A stretch of DNA of 63,961 nt, counting the filler, from a bacterium (GTDB lineage: Bacteria; UBA9089; CG2-30-40-21; SBAY01): the NCBI GenBank assembly GCA_040757115.1. It is 5 parts of 5 records of this genome, joined end to end, with 100 filler letters (N's around TTAATTAATTAA, not from the genome) between each part and the next. Parts side by side here need not be neighbours in the genome. Positions count along the whole stretch, not along the records: positions 13,669 to 27,219 come from JBFLYA010000104.1; positions 27,320 to 40,862 come from JBFLYA010000105.1; 3 more parts are not named here. The stretch is one strand, 5' to 3'. Below the pieces are notes generated by a model. It was not told the origin of the DNA and searched no databases. It was given only the letters and a program-made list of their open reading frames with translations. The stretch's first letter is position 1, and each line of letters starts with the position of its first letter. The translations under genes were made by a program, and so were the position numbers. Positions 20,601 to 29,779 of the stretch are shown one piece after another.

Positions 20601-22157
20601 ATTATGGAATTTATAGGTTGTGCCTGGTTGAACCTGACCGTTTACCTTTATTTGTAATCTTGTTGGGTCAACAGTTGAATTATGCATATTATAACCATTT
20701 CTTTTATAATCAACAGCAATTGTGGCTCCGGCTAAAGGTGCATAAGGAAAATATAGTCGGTCAACACCATTTGAAGATACTCCAAATCTCATATCCTCAC
20801 CATCATCATCAAAATAATAAATAGAAGTTTGCTCTGAATTAGTAACAGCCATAGATGCCTTTCCGGCTAAAGTAATCATCATTGAACCAGTTGGTTTAGT
20901 AATGTATACCTCAAGAGTAGTAGGGTCTATATCCGGGTCACCTAAATCAAACACTTTGGTGACACTATCACCCATACCTATTATTTTTCCAACGACTTTA
21001 CCGGGGTCCAGGGAATTTGGGCCTCGCAGTGGGTCACCACGTTCGAAATGATAAGCATTAGTTGTGATAAAATTAGTGGTAGTTGGGTCAACTGCCTTCC
21101 AGCGATAATAATTACGGTCTGGATGTTGCGGGTCAAGAAGATGTTCAAATTGGAGTTCCATCCTGGCATTGACATTATAGGTAAATGGTGCTTGTTCTGT
21201 GCCGCTCGTAATGAATACTTGCGTAAAGAACCCATGCCCTGGTGTATCAGCTACCTCACCTAATGATACCTCAGCATCTGCATTATCTGGTGTAATAATA
21301 AATTTATCACTTTCATATTTGATGGTTACATTTGCTTGTGCCGAGATATTGATTGCATTCATCAAGGCAGAAGGTGTTTCATATCCACCTTCTCCTCCAA
21401 CTTTATATGTTACACCATTGATAATAATTTTCCCATCAGGTGTTTCATTAAATCCTGCCTGGTTCCACGGTTTTGTAATGTCTATTCCTCCCCGGTCTTT
21501 GGAAACTGGCACGACACTCGCCACACTTTTCATAAAAGATAAATTTTTAAAATCTACCGGTAATACTTGTTGAGATTTGAGGTCACCTGTAAATTTAACA
21601 GACTCAGTGGCTTTCCCGGGCATAATATCACCTTTAATTATCTTTACCCCTCTCAATTCACCAGTACTATCGATTATAGTCCTATTAGCCGCATCTTTTA
21701 GAAGTTGTCCTGTAACAGGGTCTCTCTGGGCATTCCACCCTAAAACCTTAAATCCATTTCCTGGATTTACCAGATTTCCATCCCTATCGAAATCAAAACT
21801 TCCTGCTCTTGTATAGCGAAAGTTAGGACTCACACCGTCACTCAGAATAAAAAAGCTTTTTTCTCCATTTATGGCTAAATCAGTATTTCTCCCCGTAGGC
21901 TGTAATTGACCTTGTGTAAATACTGTCTGGATAGTAACCAGGTTTGTCCCTAAACCAACCTGCTTTGGGAGTATACCTCCCACATTCTCACGCGGTGCTA
22001 CCGCACTTTTAAGATTTTGGTTAAGAATGTCTTCAAACGACACACTCGACCGCTTAAAACCAGTAGAGTTGATGTTGGCTAAATTTTCCCCTATTACATC
22101 TAACCACATCAAGTGAGATTTTAAACCACTTACCCCTGAAAAAAATGATCCTATCAT
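17670..22157 (-). CDS. flgE: Flagellar hook protein FlgE, greatly enlarged (1495 aa)
   Basis: SGVSGL...[15 protein letters not shown] and [11 protein letters not shown]...YTRAGSF N-terminus; [31 protein letters not shown] C-terminus; upstream of flbD. Confidence 0.93.
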   Translation of the reverse strand: [1495 protein letters not shown]

Positions 22158-22212
22158 TTAAATCCTTCCTCCCTTTTTTTAATTTTTGTTACTATATTAT
22201 AGAAATTTTTTT

Positions 22213-22387
22213 GTATGTGCTTATCGTTTATGGTTACAAGGATGCGTTTGGTTTTCGTAAAAAGTTTAGAGTTTCGATTACCTTAATTCGAGGTTCTCCC
22301 CCACGCTCCAGCCGGATTTTTTACCCAACCTCTAATGCACACCTTAAACGAAACGCCTTTCGTAACTATAGAACGCTAAACAGATAC
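22213..22387. mobile_element. Degenerate family D-like element with a different core
   Basis: GTATGTGCTTATCGTTT...GAACGCTAAACAGATAC; inner inverted arms TATGGTTAC...GTAACTATA. Confidence 0.6.
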
Positions 22388-22650
22388 ATATTGTCATATA
22401 GTATATAAATTAATCTCTTTTTTGTCAAGTAAAATTTAACAATTTATGTAAAAAAAATATTATTTTATCTTATCTCATTGTAATTGTTAGACTTACAATC
22501 TACCCATAAAATCGGATAGATTCTCCTGAAAATAGGAAGTAGAGAGTAGAAAGTAGAGAGTAGAGAGAAAATCTTTCCTCCACCTGTTTTTTCCTATTTC
22601 CCCTGAAAATGTCCGTAAGTTATTGTAATTGCTTGACTTACAAAACTACA

Positions 22651-23077
22651 TTTTTCATCGTCATTTGTGAGTCGTAGACTCATGAGCGTTTCCCCTGAAA
22701 ATAGCGAATTAGTGAATTAGAGATTAGTGAATTAGTATAGTATCCACAGACTCGTATCCTCTGGTTTAGAACAGATATTCCCCCTTAATAAAGGGGGTTA
22801 GGGGGTTGTTCTTCCATTATTTTCATCCCCTTTCCCCTGAAAATAGCGAATTAGTGAATTAGAGATTAGTGAATTAGTATAGTATCCACAGACTCGTATC
22901 CTCTGGTTTAGAACAGATATTCCCCCTTAATAAAGGGGGTTAGGGGGTTGTTCTTCCATTATTTTCATCCCCTTTGTGAGTCGCAGACTCATGAGCGTTT
23001 CCCCTAAAACCTGAACCATCAAACCCATTTTCATCTTCCTTTGTGCCCACTCCCTGTGGGCATGAGCGTTTCTCATG
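22651..23077. repeat. Repeat cluster: 142-bp exact tandem duplication (22689-22830, 22831-22972) and three TTTTCATC-hairpin-CATGAGCGTTT units
   Basis: Direct comparison; each 142-mer holds GAATTAG repeats and a CCCCCTTAATAAAGGGGG hairpin, also seen at about 54860. Confidence 0.88.
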
Positions 23078-26000
23078 CTATAAAATCAATTTTTGAGATA
23101 AACCAAAATAATTTATTACCACCTGGACTTGCATTTATTAATATCCTATTCTCATCACCTCTTTCCCCCACCTTTTCGTCCTCTTCATTGTAGGAAGATA
23201 TTTTTATATTATCAATATACCTTTGATGTCTTTCTTCTAAATTTTTTCCTGGTTCCTGACCAACATAGACTTCAATACCCTGTAAATCAAGTCCCTTTTC
23301 TACAAGGATTTCTTTTAAGGAAGCAAGTTCTGACTCAATTAATTCTTTTAATTCAAAGTTTTCTACGACAAATTTAGCGAATATCTTTCCATCCTGCTGG
23401 GTTATTTTTAATTCTAATTTACCCAGATATTCGGGCTTGAGTTTAACCTGAATCTCCGAACTATCTTTTTTCAGATGAAGAGATGCTTCTTCTATGAATT
23501 CATAAAGTATTTCCTTAAATATTAAATTAGTCATACTTGCATCAGGTAATGAAGCTGGGATTTCTACCCTATTTGTCCCTTGAATCGCTGAATTGTAAGT
23601 TAAATTTATATTATTATCCTTTAATACCCCAGATTCATCTTGCTGATTTACTCTATTTTCAGTAAAGACTATTCTCTTTTTTACTGATTTAAACATTTCT
23701 GGTAAATTTATAAATGATTTTTGTTTATCTTCTGGTTTAATGTTATCTTCCTCTTTTTCTCTCTTAAAATTCATACTCTCTTGAAATAATACTGGTAGTA
23801 TTCTATGGAGTAATTCTACTCCTTTTTCTTGATGCATTGGAATAAAAGTATTTTCTTGTGGTTTAAAAATAGGCAATTTAGACATCTCTTCTATCTTTTC
23901 AACTCCTACTTTTTGCATAAGTGATAATAGTGAATCTTCATTATTGCGGATTGCGGATTGCGGATTGCGAATTGGGTTATCATCTATAAAATTTTGGATT
24001 TTAGATTTTGGATTTTGGATTTGTGGGATATCTATCTTTATCGTTGTCCCAACTACTAATTTCGGCTCCTCTTTTTTAACCTCTGGTGGCATATTATGTT
24101 TTGGTTGTTCTTGCTTTGTTTCCATTTCTATCTTCTCATCTTTTATCATCGTCCCGAGTATTATTTCCGGCTCCTTTGCCTTAACCTCAAACGGCTTACC
24201 AGTATTTAATTGCNNNNNNNNNNNNNNNNNNNNNNNNNNNNNNNNNNNNNNNNNNNNNNNNNNNNNNNNNNNNNNNNNNNNNNNNNNNNNNNNNNNNNNN
24301 NNNNNNNNNNNNNCGAGTATTATTTCCGGCTCCTTTGCCTTAACCTCAAACGGCTTACCAGTATTTAATTGCTCTGGTATTGACTCTTTTAGTAGTGAAA
24401 ACTGCGGAGTGGAGAGTGAGGGAATTATCTCTACTTTTTCCTCTTTTATCGTCGTCCCGTCTGTTAATTCAGGCTCTTTGACCTTAACCTCTGCTGGCAT
24501 ATTATGTTTTGGTTGTTCTTGCTTTGTTTCCATTTCTATCTTCTCATCTTTTATCATCGTCCCGAGTATTATTTCCGGCTCCTTTGCCTTAACCTCAAAC
24601 GGCTTACCAGTATTTAATTGCTCTGGTATTGACTCTTTTAGTAGTGAAAACTGCGGAGTGGAGAGTGAGGGAATTATCTCTACTTTTTCTTGTTTTATCG
24701 TCGTCCCATCTGGTAATTCAGGCTCTTTGACCTTAACCTCTGCTGGCATATTATGTTTTGGTTGTTCTTGCTTTGTTTCTATCTCTATCTTCTCATCTTT
24801 TATCATCGTCCCGAGTATTATTTCCGGCTCCTTTGTCTTAACCTCAAACAGCTTACCAGTATTTGACTGCTCTAACATTGACTCTTTTAGTAGTGAAAAC
24901 TGCGGAGTGGAGAGTGAGGAAATTATTTCTACTTTTTCTTGTTTTATCGCCGTCCCATCTGGTAATTCAGGCTCTTTGACCTTAACCTCTGCTGGCATAT
25001 TATGTTTTGGTTGTTCTTGCTTTGTTTCCATCTCTATCTTCTCATCTTTTATCGTTGTCCCAACTATTATTTCCGGCTCCTTTGTCTTAACCTCAAACGG
25101 CTTACCAGTATTTGACTGCTCTGGCACTGACTCTTTTAGTAGTGAAAACTGCGGAGTGGAGAGTGAGGAAATTGACTCTACTTTTTCTTGTTTTATCGTC
25201 GTCCCGTCTGTTAATTCAGGCTCCTGGACTTTAACCTCTGCTGGCATATTATGTTTTGGTTGTTCTTGCTTTATTTCTATCTCTATCTTCTCATCTTTTA
25301 TCGTTGTCCCAACTATTATTTCCGGCTCCTTTGCCTTAACCTCAAACGGCTTACCTGATTGCTCTGACACCGGCTCTTTTAGTAGTGAGAAGTGACCAGG
25401 GAAGAATGATGGAATTATCTCTACCTTCTCTTCTTTTATCGTCGTGCCGTCTGTTAATTCAGGCTCCTGGACTTTAACCTCTGCTGGCATATTATGTTTT
25501 GGTTGTTCTTGCTTTGTTTCCATTTCTATCTTCTCATCTTTTATCGTTGTCCCAACTATTATTTCCGGCTCCTTTGCCTTAACCTCAAACGACTTACCAG
25601 TGTTTGATTGCTCTGGCATTGACTCTTTTAGTAGTGAAAACTGCGGAGTGGAGAGTGAGGGAATTGACTCTACTTTTTCTTCTTTTATCGTCGTCCCATC
25701 TGTTAATTCAGGCTCTTTGACCTTAACCTCTGTTGGCATATTATGTTTTGGTTGTTCTTGCTTTGTTTCTATCTCTATCTTCTCATCTTTTATCGTTGTC
25801 CCAACTATTATTTCCGGCTCCTTTGCCTTAACCTCAAACGGCTTACCAATATTTGACTGCTCTAACATTGACTCTTTTAGTAGTGAAAACTGCGGAGTGG
25901 AGAGTGAGGGAATTGACTCTACTTTTTCTTCTTTTATCGTCGTCCCATCTGTTAATTCAGGCTCTTTGACCTTAACCTCTGTTGGCATATTATGTTTTGG

Positions 26001-27219
26001 TTGTTCTTGCTTTGTTTCTATCTCTATCTTCTCATCTTTTATCGTTGTCCCAACTATTATTTCCGGCTCCTTTGCCTTAACCTCAAACGACTTACCAATA
26101 TTTGACTGCTCTAACATTGACTCTTTTAGTAGTGAAAACTGCGGAGTGGAGAGTGAGGGAATTGACTCTACTTTTTCTTCTTTTATCGTCGTCCCGTCTG
26201 TTAATTCAGGCTCCTGAACTTTAACCTCTGCTGGCATATTATGTTTTGGTTGTTCTTGCTTTGTTTCCATCTCTATCTTCTCATCTTTTATCGTTGTCCC
26301 GAGTATTATTTCCGGCTCCTTTGCCTTAACCTCAAACGGCTTACCAGTATTTGATTGCTCTGGCACTGACTCTTTTAGTAGTGAAAACTGCGGAGTGGAG
26401 AGTGATGGAATTGACTCTACTTTTTCTTGTTTTATCGTCGTGCCGTCTGTTAATTCAGGCTCCTGGACTTTAACCTCTGCTGGCATATTATGTTTTGGTT
26501 GTTCTTGCTTTGTTTCCATCTCTATCTTCTCATCTTTTATCGTTGTCCCAACTATTATTTCCGGCTCCTTTGCCTTAACCTCAAACAGCTTACCAGTATT
26601 TGACTGCTCTAACATTGACTCTTTTAGTAGTGAAAACTGCGGAGTGGAGAGTGAGGGGATTATCTCTACTTTTTCTTCTTTTATCGTCGTGCTGTCTCCT
26701 AATTTTGGCTCTTGGACCTTAATCTCTGCTGGCATATTATGTTTTGGTTGTTCTTGCTTTGTTTCCATCTCTATCTTCTCATCTTTTATCGTTGTCCCAA
26801 CTATTATTTCCGGCTCCTTTGCCTTAACCTCAAACAGCTTACCAGTATTTGACTGCTCTAACATTGACTCTTTTAGTAGTGAAAACTGCGGAGTGGAGAG
26901 TGAGGGGATTGACTCTACTTTTTCCTCTTTTATCGTCGTCCCATCTGCTAATTCAGGCTCTTTGACCTTAACCTCTGCTGGCATATTATGTTTTGGTTGT
27001 TCTTGCTTTGTTCCCATTTCTATCTTCTCTTCTTTTATCGTCGTGCCGTCTCTTAATTCAGGCTCTTTGACCTTAACCTCTGCTGGCATATTATGTTTTG
27101 GTTGTTCCTGCTTTATTTCTATCTCTATCTTCTCATCTTTTATCGTCGTGCCGTCTCTTAATTCAGGCTCTTTGACCTTAACCTCTGCTGGCATATTATG
27201 TTTTGGTTGTTCTTGCTTT
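23073..27219 (-). CDS. fliK: Flagellar hook-length control protein FliK with a large tandem-repeat region; 5-prime end missing, internal gap
   Basis: C-terminal IQVKLKPEYLGKLELKI...VENFELKELIESELASLKEILVEKGL FliK domain; upstream of flgE; ORF open to the contig end. Confidence 0.88.
24040..27219 (-). repeat. 249-bp (83-aa) coding tandem repeat, at least 11 full units, plus 105-bp (35-aa) units
   Basis: Period measured at 24491/24740; unit PKHNMPAEVKVKEPEL.DGTTIKEEKVE.IPSLSTPQFSLLKES..EQ.NTGK.FEVKAKEPEII.GT.IKDEKIEMETKQEQ. Confidence 0.95.
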
Positions 27220-27319
27220 NNNNNNNNNNNNNNNNNNNNNNNNNNNNNNNNNNNNNNNNNNNNTTAATTAATTAANNNNNNNNNNNNNNNNNNNNNNNNN
27301 NNNNNNNNNNNNNNNNNNN
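27220..27319. other. Artificial contig linker
   Basis: N44-TTAATTAATTAA-N44. Confidence 0.98.
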
Positions 27320-27519
27320 TTACTCATTAAAATAATAGCCTATTTGATAATATTACAGCTAAAAACCAAAAGGGCTTTTTCAAAATTCACTATTACTCAG
27401 ATTACAAGAAAAATAAATCGGGAATGCAACTTGCAAACCCTTATCCTAGAGCATTTTCATTTGGCATCCTTCATAACCTAAACAATCTCGTACTAATATG
27501 CCACTTTTGGAATTATCAG

Positions 27520-27700
27520 ATTTAATATTTGATTTTTTTTATTGCCTTACAAGTATTTTTGCATTTTGCTTTGTCCTTTTGATTTTTACATTTTGATATT
27601 TGCATTAAACTCCTTGTGGAATATTTCGCACCGGTATCCTCTTGTTTAACAAAGAGTTACTTCTCAAATCAACGCAATTTGGAACACGCTAAACACGTAC
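27520..27700. mobile_element. Partial inverted family D element overlapping the SagB gene stop
   Basis: Reverse complement of about 17249-17415 / 4795-4975; ends CACGCTAAACACGTAC. Confidence 0.85.
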
Positions 27701-28537
27701 CCTGTTACTGATAACCTGATTTCCTACCACTGTAATATATATTGCTGATTCTTTTATCCCATCAATTTCAAGTGTCTGGTTGATTGGGTCGTCGAAAAAG
27801 GCGCCTACAGCACAAATGCCTAATCCCATTGAGATGGCAGATAGATAGAGATTTTCAGCAATATGTCCGGCTTCAATCAATGCATAACGGTAGGCACGAT
27901 GATGATATTTCGATTTTGTCCTGGCAAATATAGCGGTCATAATAAATGCTACCGCAGATTTTCCAACAAACTCTTGTCCTAAACAGTGTTGTGAAAGTTT
28001 CTGACGATAGTCTCCCTGTTTTAGTAATTCTAATAAATGGTTTTCAATAGAATAATGGTATATTCCAGGTTTTATACCTTCAACCAGATAAATAACAGGA
28101 TAAATTTCTATGGGATAAAGTGCCCCGGCAGAAGGTGCGGCTCGTAATCCCTGTGAGCCTTTTCCTTGCGTTATCCCACTGGCATAATAAAGCAAGCAAG
28201 ATAATTCTTTTAATGAAATCGGTTTTTGAATAAAATTTCGTCTCGACCTCCTTCTAATAATCGCCTCTTCAACCGATATTCCCCGATATTTAAAATCCTG
28301 TGGTAATTTAATCTTTTCTGCCTCTATGTATTTTTTGAATAAAGGTGGGGTATGTTTATTAGTCTCTCTACCTAAAAGTATATTGAGTAATGTATGTCTA
28401 CTTTCCTGGTGATATTGTTCTGCAATATCCAGATTAGGTGCGGAAGTAGCCTCTGGCGGCGCGAACCATTTATTAAAAAATGGGACACTTAAACTTAAAA
28501 GTCCAATTTTACTCAGGAAATTGCGTCTGGAAAGCAA
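27689..28537 (-). CDS. SagB/ThcOx family dehydrogenase (nitroreductase fold) with a twin-arginine-like N-terminus
   Basis: RRRSRRNF, LRAAPSAGALYPIEIY, GIYHY, RAYRYALIEAGHIAENLYL, AVGAFFDD; N-terminal SRRNFL. Confidence 0.9.
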   Translation of the reverse strand: MLSRRNFLSKIGLLSLSVPFFNKWFAPPEATSAPNLDIAEQYHQESRHTLLNILLGRETNKHTPPLFKKYIEAEKIKLPQDFKYRGISVEEAIIRRRSRRNFIQKPISLKELSCLLYYASGITQGKGSQGLRAAPSAGALYPIEIYPVIYLVEGIKPGIYHYSIENHLLELLKQGDYRQKLSQHCLGQEFVGKSAVAFIMTAIFARTKSKYHHRAYRYALIEAGHIAENLYLSAISMGLGICAVGAFFDDPINQTLEIDGIKESAIYITVVGNQVISNRVRV

Positions 28538-28539
28538 TC

Positions 28540-28734
28540 TTATCCCTTCCTTTTTAATAATTTATGCCAATTAAAATAAGTATGCCCAAGCACAAAAAAT
28601 ATCGTCAAATAAGCACTATATTTGTGATAAATGAATTGATGTAAGTCTAAATTTACCTGTATCAAACCCGTAATAACAGTTGTAAGGAAAAAGAATATCA
28701 TAAGAATTGTCCAGAAAAATTTTATCCTTGACAT
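28540..28734 (-). CDS. Small two-TM membrane protein, DUF4405-like
   Basis: ITGLI...YHKYSAYL...LGHTYFNW with two His in TM helices; 2 nt from the SagB gene. Confidence 0.65.
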   Translation of the reverse strand: MSRIKFFWTILMIFFFLTTVITGLIQVNLDLHQFIYHKYSAYLTIFFVLGHTYFNWHKLLKRKG

Positions 28735-28812
28735 CGTTAGCCTGAATTTTATGATAACATTCTATTTTAATGTTGTCAAGTAAATTTTGCCTGGTACAGA
28801 AATCTTCTGTTG

Positions 28813-29431
28813 GGGAGCGTTCACAATTTGGGACTTGTGGTTAGTTTATAGATTTTTCAAGAAGATTTTGCCATTTTACCCCATTTTTCTACCCCTTTTG
28901 TGTCGTTTGACATTTTTAGCCTATTTAGAGACGCTGACAAACTATTATAATCCTCTACCCAATCTATCATTAGCCATTCAACCCATCCCATCCCTGTTAA
29001 ATGCCACCCACCGCCGATTAATCATTTGCCGAGATAATTCAAAAAGGCTACCCACTTCTGCCTGGGTAAAAAGTTTTCTCCCGGATAAATCCCTAAGTTC
29101 AAGAAGCCTTATTATCTCTACCTCTTTCGAGTCTTCATCTGTAATCTCTATCATATGAGGGATATAGATGGTTATAACCATTTTGTTTTCTTTGGTTATA
29201 ACCTTTATTTTATCCTCAATATTCTTTTCCTCAAGTTTTTCTATAGAATTGCCGATATGTATATTAGATTTCATGGGCTTAAATTCCTCCTTTTTATTAG
29301 AATCTCTACTAATAATATCGGAAATTTAAGCCCTTCTTTTTAATATTTTTTTCTCCCGCAAATCCCTGCAAAATGTCAAACTAATTTTTTCGCCTACTTC
29401 CAATTTTTAGTCCCAAATTCTGAACGGTCTC
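28813..29431 (-). mobile_element. Internally deleted IS-like element carrying a truncated HTH ORF (28978-29274)
   Basis: 23-bp TIR GGGAGCGTTCACAATTTGGGACT / GAGACCGTTCAGAATTTGGGACT (20/23); ORF has AGGAGG RBS and FTQAEVGSLFELSRQMINRRW HTH. Confidence 0.7.
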
Positions 29432-29485
29432 TGTGAAATAGAAGGACAAATATCCCCCAATTAGGGTGAGAAAAAGAATAAACAG

Positions 29486-29593
29486 CTCGCTCCTATGGAG
29501 CTAATTTGTTATGAGGGAGATAATCTTTCTACAAACATATCGCTCCTCTGGAGCTAATATGAATAAAGCTCCGTAGGAGCAATCTGTTTGTAG
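29486..29593. repeat. REP-like hairpin cluster (GCTCC-N2/3-GGAGC, CTAC/GTAG ends)
   Basis: CTACAAACATATCGCTCCTCTGGAGCT...AGCTCCGTAGGAGCAATCTGTTTGTAG inverted pair plus a third hairpin. Confidence 0.75.
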
Positions 29594-29779
29594 TATTTCT
29601 TTGAACATTCTACATTCTACATTCAATATTTTGTAAGTGTTCCGAAATCTCAATCAATATTAGTAACTCAAGACCTAAACGGTTACGAATATCTGTTTCT
29701 TGCATTTTATTTAAACCTATTTCACAGGTCGAATTTTTTTGTTGACACAGGATAAGATTTCTGTTAATATATCTTCAGA

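Noticed and set aside
24214-24313. Apparent frameshift or insertion in fliK
   Set aside because: A placeholder 100-N gap whose two flanks repeat the same sequence; this is unresolved repeat assembly
23944-27267. Long plus-strand ORFs (483, 257 and 290 aa) rich in Ser/Phe/Cys
   Set aside because: Antisense shadows of the fliK repeat
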